From assembly GCA_009103225.1 (NCBI GenBank), contig RHPI01000585.1, forward strand, positions 285,061 to 349,060: DNA of 64,000 nt, written 5' to 3'. Below, piece after piece: positions 46,201-56,165 of the stretch (position 1 is its first letter; each line of letters opens with the position of its first letter). The notes beneath the pieces are model-generated. The model worked only from the letters and a program-made list of their open reading frames with translations. It was not told the DNA's origin and searched no databases. The position numbers and the translations under genes were made by a program. Origin of the DNA: Chlorokybus atmophyticus (taxonomy: Eukaryota > Plantae > Mesostigma and Chlorokybus algae).

Positions 46201-48730
46201 GCTTTATTCCCCCCCCTTGCGGCTTGGCCATAGCTGTCACGTTCGACTTTTCCTGCACGACCGTGTCATCATTGTACAGGTAAACACTTAGCTTTTGCAG
46301 CTTGGCCAAGTCATCAGGAACCCAAGGAAGCCCCGTTGCAGTGTTGTACTGCAGCTGATCGCGAACACGCGCATCCAAGCCACGCTTGTACAACTCGAAC
46401 TGCTCAGCTTTGTCCATAGGCATCAGGCCGCTATTGGCACGACCAACTAATGCTTGGAACTCCTGCAGATACACTGATGCTGCTCGACCATTCTGTCGCA
46501 ACTTGCTAAGTTTGTTACGAGCCTGAGTAGCCGGATCCATGCCACCATAGCGCTCCATCAGAAACTGAAACAGTGCTGGTACTGTCTTCACAGCGCCATG
46601 CTCTGTTTGTCGTGCCCACTCGGCGAGAGCATCAGATGGCATAAGCAACTCAGCAACGGCAACGTGCTCACCCACCGGGCGCTTTAGCGCTGTCAGGTAA
46701 TGTTCGACAGTCACCACCCAATCATGGATACTTACACTACCGTTAGGCTTGAACTTTTCAGGTTTGTTCAATGCCGTAACCGGCAGCCCCACTGATGCGC
46801 CAACTGATGAAGCAGCACCCGCTACTTGCTGACGCAGCGCCATCAACTCAGATTGCATCGCATCGAGGCGTGCCTCCAACTTCACTCGGCCAGCCAACTT
46901 ATTTTCCAAGTTAGGTCCCAAGTACCAGAACACATCCTTGCAACGCTGCTGCGTTTCAACCATCAAGTTGGCTAAGGCCTCAAACGCCATCCGCTTCCCT
47001 TCGTATGGGAGCGGCCTATCGTAGACGGCCATCAGAGCAGCCACTTTTGGATCACCACGCACGAGTGGCGGAACATTGTTCGTCAACTCGTGCTCAATCA
47101 TGAGGATCACCATCTCCTTACTAGTGCGAGGGAGAGTGGCAAAATCTGTTTCATAGCCATTACGAACCTTCTGCGCCCATGCATCCCACACTTCTTGACG
47201 AAGCTGCGGGTGGGCGTCAAGTAAAGTCTTGCGCTCGCGCGCATACTTTTCAATGGCTCCGCCAATGACACTCGGTGTGTCCATTACAGCTGGCTCACTG
47301 TGGGTAGACAGGTCGGGGGAAGCTTCGCTATCTTGCTTAGCCTCTTCGCTTTTGTCACTGTCAGTGAGCTTATAGCTCTCACTCGTGTCCGAGTCCCTCA
47401 CTTTGTCATCACTGGATGGCTCATATGAGGATGATGAATCAGGGACGGTGAAGTACTTTTCACCTCCCTCTCCTTGGTCAGACATCTGCCCAAGGATAAC
47501 ACTGTTCGAATAGTGCTCCGATACCAATGTCAGGAGAGAGGGTGTGCCCCTCCTCCCTTTAATCCCCTACCCCAACACCACCACCAGCCTCGCCGCCGCC
47601 GCCGCCACTGCCGGGGCAGTTGCCAGAGCAAAAGATGCTCTGGCTATGGCGGCCGCTGCGTTAGCAGCGCCGCCATGCAGCTGATATCCACATGAGACTC
47701 ATGTCTCATGTCGATATCAGTGTTATAGTTAAGTAACACTACATTAGGGCCTTAACACTAGGTTAACGGCCCTAATAAGGCTTAATAGGCTGTATAATCC
47801 CGTTGGGACCCTTATTTAATCCTAAATAAGGGCGGGGAACCTCTATGGAGGTAGCACACCGTTACAGCTGTCACATGATGAACAGTCGCCAATGCAGCCA
47901 TTGATCACGCCTTGACAGTCGCAAATTGCATTACATGTTGCAGTTCTTGACAGTCATCAACGCATTGCAGACTGTCAATGATATTGACAGTCGCCAATGG
48001 ACTGCACTAACCACTCTGGGTCCTATGCAGGTTGCTGGGGCGATCTTTGAATGTGAAGATGAAGAAGCCGCCGCCATGGATTTGCGAACTGCAGCGGGGA
48101 TTGTGTGCAACACCAAGCCCAACGCCCCCACCAGAGAGGAGGCAATGGACATGTATGAGTACTACCACCACATCGAGCACACGCTGTTCCACAATGGTCA
48201 CCAGCTGGCATTCAAGGACCCCGACCGAATGGAGCGTGTGCCAGACGAGCTGATCTTGAGAGCAATTGTCAGCTTTGCTGCAAGGAAAAAGTGGTTGGTG
48301 TCCAACAAAGATGTTGAAGGAGGGTGCGAGTGGGGATCCAATCGCAAACTACCAGGTATGCATACTTCACTGCAGCAAGTTAATGACAGTCCTTTGCTGG
48401 TTTCAAGAGTGATGATTTGGTACAATGCAGGGCTTTTGAGCGAGGCAAAGAACAGAAAGCCATTCCGACCCAAGAGGCAGTGGATGCGACAGCCTTCGTC
48501 ATCCTCCTAGGTGGGTGGTTTCCTATGCTATGGTCAAGTTATTGTTTGTGTAAGCACGTGACAGTACAGTTGTTGTGCAGAGCTCAACAAGCACGCGCTG
48601 AGTGTTTGCAAGAGACGCTGTTGAGCAAGGCTGTCGCGGGTGTCTTCACATTGGGGCTGAATCAACTAGGGAGAGCACAAGTCTGGCTTCCAGGCAAAGG
48701 TGCTGGCAACACAACAGACCGATGTTGTTA
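40220..48730 (+). CDS. Multi-exon gene of unknown function, with a gypsy element in one intron
   Basis: Coding-like exons bounded by GT/AG at ~40220-40551, 40857-41050, 41260-41515, 41607-41759, ~48030-48355 and ~48408-48520; the full phase path was not resolved. Confidence 0.5.
42248..46018 (-). CDS. pol: Pol: MT-like domain, protease, RT, RNase H, integrase, chromodomain
   Basis: Uninterrupted ORF of ~1250 aa: IDTGA, YLDD, SDASTLG..ADPLSR, HDPPYAGH..CDKC, VSMDL..QTERANQ, GPF, YLVKWKGY..TWEP; in frame with gag after a single TAG. Confidence 0.96.
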   Translation of the reverse strand, partial: DYAVADVAKVDSQLLEIQAVNWFDNLSQMHVMTHAWQTHHKLPLFDVATVEANTCVLVHVKFNMLTDVLHTLSELQCKHRSLSVVAMVPKYHGPWLKYTRGGTVLKQFTKRETGTIRLSAILINPRISHGFLATFQGRVVPLLWTFSGTMQGVNSSFLIDTGATHNFVDEQWVARNKIMRKPSAFSAAGAGGTLPVTGEVKLKVKIGNYYANLAFIVVAINISGVDVVLGQEWQNNVTMTLDTGARLCTVKKGGKRITLSVKGSHSLEFKQPDPALLTALQVKRALRKNTPAFLVHLSSSDDIAPGSTEGVADLIEEYQDVFSDELPGLPPDRGVGHTIPLIPDSDPPFRPIYRLSPRERGEMETQIKELLEKGLIEPSSSPFGAPILFVMKKNGKLRMCVDYRALNKITVKNRYPLPRIDDVFDKLSGNAYFSTLDLTSGYHQIRIHSADVYKTAFRTPSGHYQYKVLPFGLTNAPAVFQKEMNKIFGNILGKYVMVYLDDIIVFSKTKEEHKQHLEAVFTLLRKHHLFASLAKCDFCKSELPFLGHVVSGAGVKPDPRKVQVVKNWPQPKNIHQLRSFLGLANYFRKFMMGYSTVVMPLTKLLRKDAPFSWTSDQEAAMQQVKLALTSAPVLALPNWDKHFTVVSDASTLGCGAVLLQDGRPCAYESRKFIPAEVNYTTTEQELLGVVHALETWRCYLEGVQFTVVTDHNPLVYFSTQLTLSRRQARWNEFLSRFTFEWVYRPGRTNVADPLSRCPSLLAVMRAQLLATQVTLPANDAFVQSVLHGYSLDPWFSRQENIQQLEARDNLYYMGASLVIPDHAGLRMQCIADVHDPPYAGHFGNRKTTKAAQQLYWWPSLPVDVKRYVDTCDKCQRDKPLRQKPAGLLRPLPVPDGKWESVSMDLITELPETALGHTAVAVFVDRLTKMVHIVPCRTEIGSRELAMVFVASVFKLHGLPRNFVSDRDPRFVAQFWKSLCSFLHIQQNMSTAYHPQTDGQTERANQVIEETIRHYVSPNQSDWDIYLPMAEFAINNAWQESVQETPFFLNYGVHPLSPANIKLPATDVTRVPAAREMASAMQDRLALAKDCLRAAQDRQKAQADAHRREANYDVGCSVLLSTKNVSIKGVGTRKFFPRWIGPFKVIDRVGTHAYRLDLPMSIRIHNVFHVSVLKPYRSDGRVQPPPPPVAVDGDNTFEYEVEAILSHRKPRRGRAPSYLVKWKGYGVEHNTWEPERNLTNCQEVLRGYWSTVSTRER
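46019..47484 (-). CDS. gag: Gag
   Basis: First ATG at 47484 (MSDQGEGG); KPEKF..W...VEHYL, ARNKLSKLRQ..Y.QEF, CFICHQPGHVAKAC knuckle; ends at TAG 46019-46021. Confidence 0.93.
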
Positions 48731-48899
48731 GCTGCTCCTGCTACCTCCTGTAACCGCAGCTTGAAGTGCATGTAGGAGACTGTAGCTACAGTCTCACTGG
48801 CTTGACACTGATGGGCTGTCGTTTAACAGTCCATTACAGCATTTCTGTGAATTGCATGCGTGTCGGATTGTATGCACCGGGCACAGTGCAGGCACCAGT

Positions 48900-49445
48900 G
48901 CCAAGACCATGCATGGCTTCAATAGCTGTGACATAATGACAGACCATGCATGGTGCGACTGTCAATCAGACCATGTGGTGCGTTGTCTGTTAGGACCAGA
49001 CATGGTGCCGCTTGTGGACCATGCATGGCTTCAATGGCTGTGACATCATGATAGACCATGCATGGTGCGACTGTCAATCAGACCATGTATGGTGCGTTGT
49101 CTGTTAGGACCATGCATGGTACCGCTTGTGGACCATATATGCACAACAACGTCCGTATCCATGGAACGTGCATGGTGCGACTATCGATCACCAGACATGT
49201 GGAAGTAATAAACCATGCCTGGTCTTCTGCGCCAGGGGGCATTGCACCATACATGGTCCTTGCAAACTCATACAAACAGGTCACCATACATGGTGCGACC
49301 CCAAAAAAACATGGGACCGTTCACGTGAGGTTTGGACCATGCATGGTCCGACTGTCATTAACAGTCCGACCATATATGGTCCCACCAAATTCACTTAGCA
49401 GGGGAAAATTCCGGTCCAGAGGTACAGACCATTCATGGTCCTTTG
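48900..49445. repeat. Right subterminal array of (G)ACCATGCATGGT palindromes
   Basis: About 12 copies, including two tandem ~110-bp units at ~48900-49120. Confidence 0.9.
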
Positions 49446-49689
49446 ACGTCAATCGGTGTGAAACATGACCACATAACAACGCCGAGCTGCTCAGTGGCGC
49501 CTTTCATAAACGCAACTTGTGGTGTTGATTTATAACAGCATTAGTCATCTATCAGCTTGTACTACTAATCCCACTGGTGGCGAGGGTTGACAAACACTAT
49601 AAATTAAAATTTCGGAAGCTTCTTGTCAAGGACCATGTGGAGCTGCTTAATACTAGTAACCCCCATGTCGATGAACCCTCGCTAACGAT

Positions 49690-51010
49690 AGTCCCTGAGC
49701 AGAACCACTGATCTGTACACGCGCAGCTGTTAGCAACGAGCACCACCACCACCAAGACAGTGCAGTTGTTACCTTAAAGCCTGCCAGTATGTTGCTTGCA
49801 CTCAGCCCTTGCACAAAGCATGGTTTGAGCATCTTCAGAAAGTCTTCGTTATATAGCCCTTTTACATGCCTGTGCGTGTTGAGCCATGCTTGGTACTCCC
49901 TCTTGTACACATATTAGATCTATTGAAGCATGCCACGTGCAGCACTTGCAGCCCGTGTGTCGTGTGTGGCGGGAGCACAGGATCTCCAGTCTTATGTCCT
50001 TGTCTATTGTACTAACATTGTACCGGCTAACGTGTTCATTACAGATCAGCAGGGTAGGATTATAAGGACTAATACCACCAGGCATGTTGAGCTGCAGGTG
50101 GTCAATCCACGTGGAGAAGTGCTCAGTGGTCATCCATGCATTTTCTTGGCAGCTGAGGCTAGCACCTGGCAGGTCAAATGCGTCTCCCCATTTTGGATAG
50201 AGATGCTTGCCTGCTGGGATTTCTGTGGGAGGGATTGCAACTCCAGATGCAGTGACAGCTGCCATTAATGCTATGTGCTGCCTCACTCCAGATGTAGCCA
50301 GTTGTGCATATCTGGATTTGTTGTGCACAGGGTGTGTCAGTCATGTGTTGTGCTAGTAGTCAAGCTGCAACTTACACCACGTGCATGACATTAAGCTTTT
50401 CATTATGACTTGTGTGTTTTTCAAGGTAGAGTCTGGCTCAAAGCCGATCTCGTCGCAGGAGATGATACGGTCAGGCCCATCGTTATAAAGATAAGGACCT
50501 CCTTCAGGCGCTTAAAATAAACTTTGACAATCCACCTTCCAAAGCTGTGGCGCCTGCTGGCATCCACAGCTTCTGCCTTACGCTTGCTGAGCTTGTGCCT
50601 CTTCATGAAGAGGCACCCATCATGCACTATGTATGCCATCTTTGCGCTGCAGTCGTCTTGCATTGTTGAAGAGCAGTTTGCCTACGTGCACCTGAATGTC
50701 GTACTGCATCATGGCACACCCAATATCATTTTGCCATGTAAGCAATTGCATCAACTTGCACTCCTCTTCAACAGTAAACAAGGTAGGCCTCTCCGCTCCT
50801 CTGAAATATGACATGTGTAAGCATGACCCCTTGCACTGTGGCACTCGCAAGCATGTAACAACTGACATGCGCAAAACCAGAACTCACTTGTCTTTGTCTA
50901 AGCGCGCAGGGTCAGCAATGTAGTCCTTCATGGTTGACTCTGGCAGGCCAACCTCTCTTGCAGCCTCACACGCAGACATGCAGCCCTGCTTGGATGGTCT
51001 CTCGCACCTT
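49690..51010 (-). pseudogene. pogo/Fot1-like (Tc1/mariner superfamily) transposase remnant with intron(s)
   Basis: EAAREVGLPESTM (psq-type HTH), PTLFTVEEE..FMKRHKLSKRK (CENP-B/Tc5 HTH), IISCDEIG, ALMAAVTASGVAIPP..NAWMTTEHFSTW..TLLICNEHVS (DDE_1 pattern); TIRs not found. Confidence 0.8.
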
Positions 51011-51314
51011 GGGCAGCAGTGCTTCTGTTTCCTTCCTCTTTATATATGGCCCCCTCTTAGCTAACCTATAGGTTGGTTCAGCTATGCCTTTGCGCGCAGC
51101 TGAACCTGTTTGTTGGTGATGCGTTTTGCACTACCTGCTGCAGCCCTTCTCACCTGCCAACAGAGTGCTTGAGATGAGGCACAGGGACATGCTTGCAATA
51201 TGAACTACATGGGCGAGGATGAGAAGACCTCTGAGCCCAATAGTAGACAAGCATAGCATTAGCCTAGCGCAGTAAACAGCAACTTACTTGTGTAGGCATA
51301 GCCTCCTTGCAATG

Positions 51315-51920
51315 TGTCATGCCTATCGCCCAAGCATGCCAGTCGTCATCGGGCATGCCTACAGCGAGACCCTCGCCCGGCTTACCAGCATGGCGACCCG
51401 CGCGCGTCACTGACCAGTAGCTAGGTCATGTCTCTAGAGTAGCTCATGACCATAGCCTACACAGGCACCGCGCGTAGCTGTTCAGCTGTGAGTTCAATTA
51501 TAAGTTGGGTTCTATATCGAGTGGGGATTTCCTGTGGAAATAGCCTCGATATGACCGTTAGCTTATGTTCTGGACAGTCATGAGTTGACTTGTATAAGTA
51601 GGCACAGTGTTCACCGGATCAGCTGGTGACACTGTAAGTGAGAAAGCTAAGAGCTTGTGAAGCGACTTGAACTACGAAACACACTATCCCGGTTCCCAAG
51701 AATCCCCTCACCGTGTGAGAACCTGTGCATGTTCTTGTGCACTGTGCTTGTCTTTGCTGTGAGCTTTGTGTACTTGGTCGCGGTGTGCTTGTTGGCATCA
51801 GTCAGGGCATAGCATCCACGTGTTGCTTGCTCATTCACCTCACTTAACAGTGTAATTTCTCTTCCACTCATGCAAAGAACTGTGTAAACAGCACTACCTA
51901 TAGTAGTGGCTTGTTGACTT
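51315..51920 (+). repeat. LTR copy 1, near-identical to 52152-52757 but lacking the terminal ACA
   Basis: Direct repeat of ~605 bp starting TGTCATGCC. Confidence 0.9.
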
Positions 51921-52151
51921 TGTGTGCTACAGCACAGCATGTACACTAGGGAGAACACCGACTCCATCTGCCCGTACTACCCAGCAGCAGCAGACCAGCT
52001 GCACAGAGCACTTGTCACCATGAGGGTTGGGGTCATCTTTTGCCTTTTGCTGCACGTTGCACAGGTGGCGCAGCAGCATGTCCAGCACGGCATGGCTGTC
52101 CATGCAGCTGTCCGAGACAGCGTGACCCTCGACTCCCCTCGACCCGACAGC

Positions 52152-52760
52152 TGTCATGCCTATCGCCCAAGCATGCCAGTCGTCATCGGGCATGCCTACA
52201 GCGAGACCCTCGCCCGGCTTACCAGCATGGCGACCCGCGCGCGTCTCTGACCAGTAGCTAGGTCATGTCTCTAGAGTAGCTCATGACCATAGCCTACATA
52301 GGCACCGCGCGTAGCTGTTCAGTTGTGAGTTCAGTTATAAGTTGGGTTCTATATCGAGTGGGGATTTCCTGTGGAAATAGCCTCGATATGACCGTTAGCT
52401 TATGTTCTGGACAGTCATGAGTTGACTTGTATAAGTAGGCACAGTGTTCACCAGATCAGCTGGTGACACTGTAAGTGAGAAAGCTAAGAGCTTGTGAAGC
52501 GACTTGAACTACGAAACACACTGTCCCGGTTCCCAAGAATTCCCTCACCGTGTGAGAACCTGTGCATGTTCTTGTGCACTGTGCTTGTCTTTGCTGTGAG
52601 CTTTGTGTACTTGGTCGCGGTGTGCTTGTTGGCATCAGTCAGGGCATAGCATCCACGTGTTGCTTGCTCATTCACCTCACTTAACAGTGTAATTTCTCTT
52701 CCACTCATGCAAAGAACTGTGTAAACAGCACTACCTATAGTAGTGGCTTGTTGACTTACA
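52152..52760 (+). repeat. 5' LTR of a truncated gypsy-like element
   Basis: TG..CA ends, TATAAG at 52430, followed by a leader and the gag ORF; no tRNA-type TGG PBS. Confidence 0.8.
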
Positions 52761-52967
52761 GTGTCACCCTCTTTGCTCAAGTGAGTGTAGTTGCAGGCTG
52801 TACATCAGCATCGCAATCTGCAGTTGTACACATCGCAGTGCATCGTTGTCACCGTCATCGCATAGCGCGCACAAGCGCTAGTGTGTTGGGTGATAGCAGC
52901 ACTGGAGATCCCATTGTAGAGCACAAACACTCTACCCTTCATCCACTTTCACCATCGCATCAGCTGT

Positions 52968-55360
52968 ATGAGCAGGCCCACCCCTTTCTCGCCAATAGAA
53001 GAAGGGGATCCCAACAGCTGGAGCCCAACCTCCAACCTTACCTACGAGCGCGCAAGTGAAGGGAGCGATTACCGTAGCAGCAGAGGCTCACGCCCCGTCT
53101 CCGGCTTCACCTCCTCTCACTCCACTCCTCGACAAGGAGCATCTCCACCACCGTCGGACAGTGACGACAAGGAGATGGAGCCTTCCAGCTCAACCAACTC
53201 CCTACGCTTCTCTGGACGCCTTGGCACCACCTCACTTGACAAGTTCATCATCAAGTTCCACTCCAAGATGCGGCAGCAAGCCCTAAAGAGCAAGGACTGG
53301 ACAGATGAGGTATCGTTTCATGTGTCCGCTCAATACCTTGATCACGAAGCACACGATGTGTGGAAGTCCGTCGCTGAGTTGCACAAGATTGATGGCTATG
53401 GCGAGTTGGCCAGCACAATAGCCNNNNNNNNNNNNNNNNNNNNNNNNNNNNNNNNNNNNNNNNNNNNNNNNNNNNNNNNNNNNNNNNNNNNNNNNNNNNN
53501 NNNNNNNNNNNNNNNNNNNNNNNNNNNNNNNNNNNNNNNNNNNNNNNNNNNNNNNNNNNNNNNNNNNNNNNNNNNNNNNNNNNNNNNNNNNNNNNNNNNN
53601 NNNNNNNNNNNNNNNNNNNNNNNNNNNNNNNNNNNNNNNNNNNNNNNNNNNNNNNCCCCTGCTACCAACACCGAACTCGCGTGCTCCAGCGGGAGGCAGT
53701 GTTTTCACCCTCGGCTCAGTGGCATTGCGTGCACCCGCGCTTACGGTGGGCGCGGCCATGTCGGACTCCCCGTTGAAGGACCTCTACGCCGCACTCCGGC
53801 GCACCTTCTCACCTCAAACCAACAGCAAGGTGGAGGAGTTGAGGCGTTTTCGACGCAAGCCCAACGAGGACCCTCTCCGACTGTATTCACGGTTGGAAGG
53901 GTTGCTTAAAGACACTGACTACAAGATCGTCAGTGAGGAGGCGGCAGCAGTGGTGTATGTGGCCGAGTTGGATCCCACCTCGAGCGAGTCCACGCGCCTG
54001 ACGCTGAACTACAGCAGGCCCCTCGGCTACACCCTCAAGGAAGCTTTCGAGACTGCACAAGCCATCCACAAGCGCGCAGTGTATGAGAAAGCGGTGCTGG
54101 ACACCAACCGCAGTGCCTCGCGGCCTATTGCAGGCACAAGTGCAGAGCCTCTTCGGCGGGACCGCAGCCGAGAGCCGCAAGGTATCCACAACAAGGATAA
54201 ACGGTCAGCTCATGCTGCCCTTGTGGCTCCAGTGCTGTGCCGCCGGTGTGGTCGACATGACCAATACAAAAAGGAGTGCACCGAAGATTACGGCAACCTT
54301 GTGTTCGACTACTGCCACAAGACGGGACTCTTGGAGACAGTATGCTGGCTCAAGTTCCCTGAGCTGCGGCCCTCTATTGGCTACAACAACGGCAACAACG
54401 CTGTTGGCTACCGCGGCAACAACAACAACAACAACAATAACGTGGGCTACAACAACAGCAACCACGCTGGCGGCTACAACAACAGCAACAACGCTGGTGG
54501 TCGCAACAATGGCAACAACGCTGGTGGCCACAACCCCAACCTCAACAACAACGCTGGGGCCCGCAAGGAAAAAGCTGGCTACAGAGGGAAAAACCTCCCT
54601 CCACAGCACAAAGGACCTGAGGGACGTCCTCGCGCTGGAGCTGCTGCTGTAAAGGCACCAACCAATCCACCAGCTATTGACCAAGTGGCAGCCCTGATGG
54701 CGCGCGTGGCACAGCTGGAGGAGAACAAGGAGCGGGACTATCAAGCCTGCTATGCTGCTAGGTGGGCACTGATGGCACCAAAACGGGATAGGGACACTCC
54801 CACGCCGTCACGCGTACAACCATCAAGACGTGCGCGCAGGGAAGCTGGCGCGTCGTCAACAGCGGCATCGTCGGACGCCACAAGTGGTGCTGCCTCGGCA
54901 GCCACAACCACTGCTAGGACGACGCCGTCGACGACGCCGTCGACGACTCCGTCGGCGTTCACACCGACCACGACAGCAGGTCAGCACTCTTGGCACCACG
55001 CTGTCCCCGGTGATGGAAAGCACCCACGCCGCAACAACCATGGTCGTTGGGTTCGAGGGTGGTGAATCCACCACTCCTGCCTCCATCGAAGCGACCACAT
55101 CGGCCGCAACTGCTGCCACCCTCACAGCCGCCACCTCAGTAACGACGGCTGCTGCCGGTGCCACCACCATCGCCTCCAGTAGTGCTGCCACACCCACTGC
55201 ACCACTTCTTGAGATTCGAACGGCACCGCCACCAGCACTTGACGTCACACAGCAAGTGCCACGCGGACCACATGCAGAACGCGCCTGGGCGTCGGTTCTA
55301 CGCAACGTGGAGCCCACCACCATTGCGTACGAACTAGGGGGGCAACGCACCACGCGCGTG
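52968..55360 (+). pseudogene. gag: Gag-like ORF (spans the assembly gap), cut off by the downstream DNA transposon
   Basis: LDKFIIKF..YLDHEAHDVW, LRRTF..VEELRRFRRKPNEDPLRLYSRLE, degenerate knuckles CRRCGRHDQYKKEC and YCHKTGLLETVC, Asn/Gly-rich and Thr/Ala-rich tails; no pol seen. Confidence 0.75.
53424..53655. other. Assembly gap (N run)
   Basis: 232 consecutive N. Confidence 1.
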
Positions 55361-55389
55361 GCACGCGATACCGGTAATTATGAGACCCC

Positions 55390-55960
55390 CGAATTTTTGA
55401 AAATTCATGGCAAACGCACTGAATCTTCGTTGTATTTACCGTTTCAGCTTTTTATCGCGTGAATATTCAAGTGTTTTCGTACATTCTGTGCAATCCCTGC
55501 CAAAACGAAATCGCGACATTCACCTATAAATCGCGTGAATATTCACACAATAAATCAATGCCACCTTTCAAAACCCATATACCTCGTATATTCAGTTGAA
55601 ATCAATTGAATGTTCAAGGGCATGCAATTGTGAATGGACACAGCATGTGCTCTGCTAAATATTCAGCTATACATTGCCTGAACATTCATGAAGGGGCATA
55701 AGCTTGTGGCTATAACAGACAGCTTAAACTCACCAAGTCCCAACTGCCCGTGAATAATCAATTGATCAGCTTGTCACACATGTATATTCATAACCTTCAT
55801 CAGTTTCATGCCACAGATGTGAGTGAACATTCAACACCAATCTGAAAATACGCAATACGATTCACACTAAGTCCTAGCTTTGAGTGAATTTTCAACACCA
55901 TTCCAAAACCAAGCAATACGTTTTGCACTAACTCCTAGCTGTGAGTGAATATTCAACCCC
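55390..55960. repeat. Subterminal array of TGAATATTCA-like palindromes, including three ~62-bp tandem units
   Basis: Variants near 55399, 55459, 55535, 55607, 55679, 55824, 55885 and 55946; tandem units at 55818-55960. Confidence 0.85.
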
Positions 55961-56165
55961 ACACGAATAAACATATACTCTCATTTTGGCCAAGTCCCGA
56001 AAGTGATTGAAACCAAGTAGATTGCACTGCTAATTCTAATATACAATCTAGTATATGTCAAAGCCAGAGTTGCTCAGCAATTCTACACAGCTGGTTTGAG
56101 TTGATGGTGGGGGACAGCTCTGATATGGACTACAGCATTGCTATGCTACACACCACCTGCTACTA

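Larger units (their letters stand above)
41787..47866 (-). mobile_element. Young, full-length Ty3/gypsy chromovirus
   Basis: 339-bp LTRs 47528-47866 and 41787-42125 (4 substitutions by my comparison), 5-bp TSD GCTGT, PBS TGGTATCGGAGCA (47514-47526), PPT aagtggggggaa before the 3' LTR. Confidence 0.97.
29787..49460 (+). mobile_element. ~19.7 kb CACTA/EnSpm DNA transposon (non-autonomous) with cargo genes and a nested gypsy
   Basis: 24-bp TIRs at 29787-29810 and 49437-49460 (22/24 match, begin CACAC), flanked by AA on both sides; palindromic subterminal arrays at both ends; Transposase_21-type ORF inside. Confidence 0.75.

Noticed and set aside
49461-51314. TIRs and TA target duplication for the pogo-like remnant
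   Set aside because: No inverted match was found between the two flanks.
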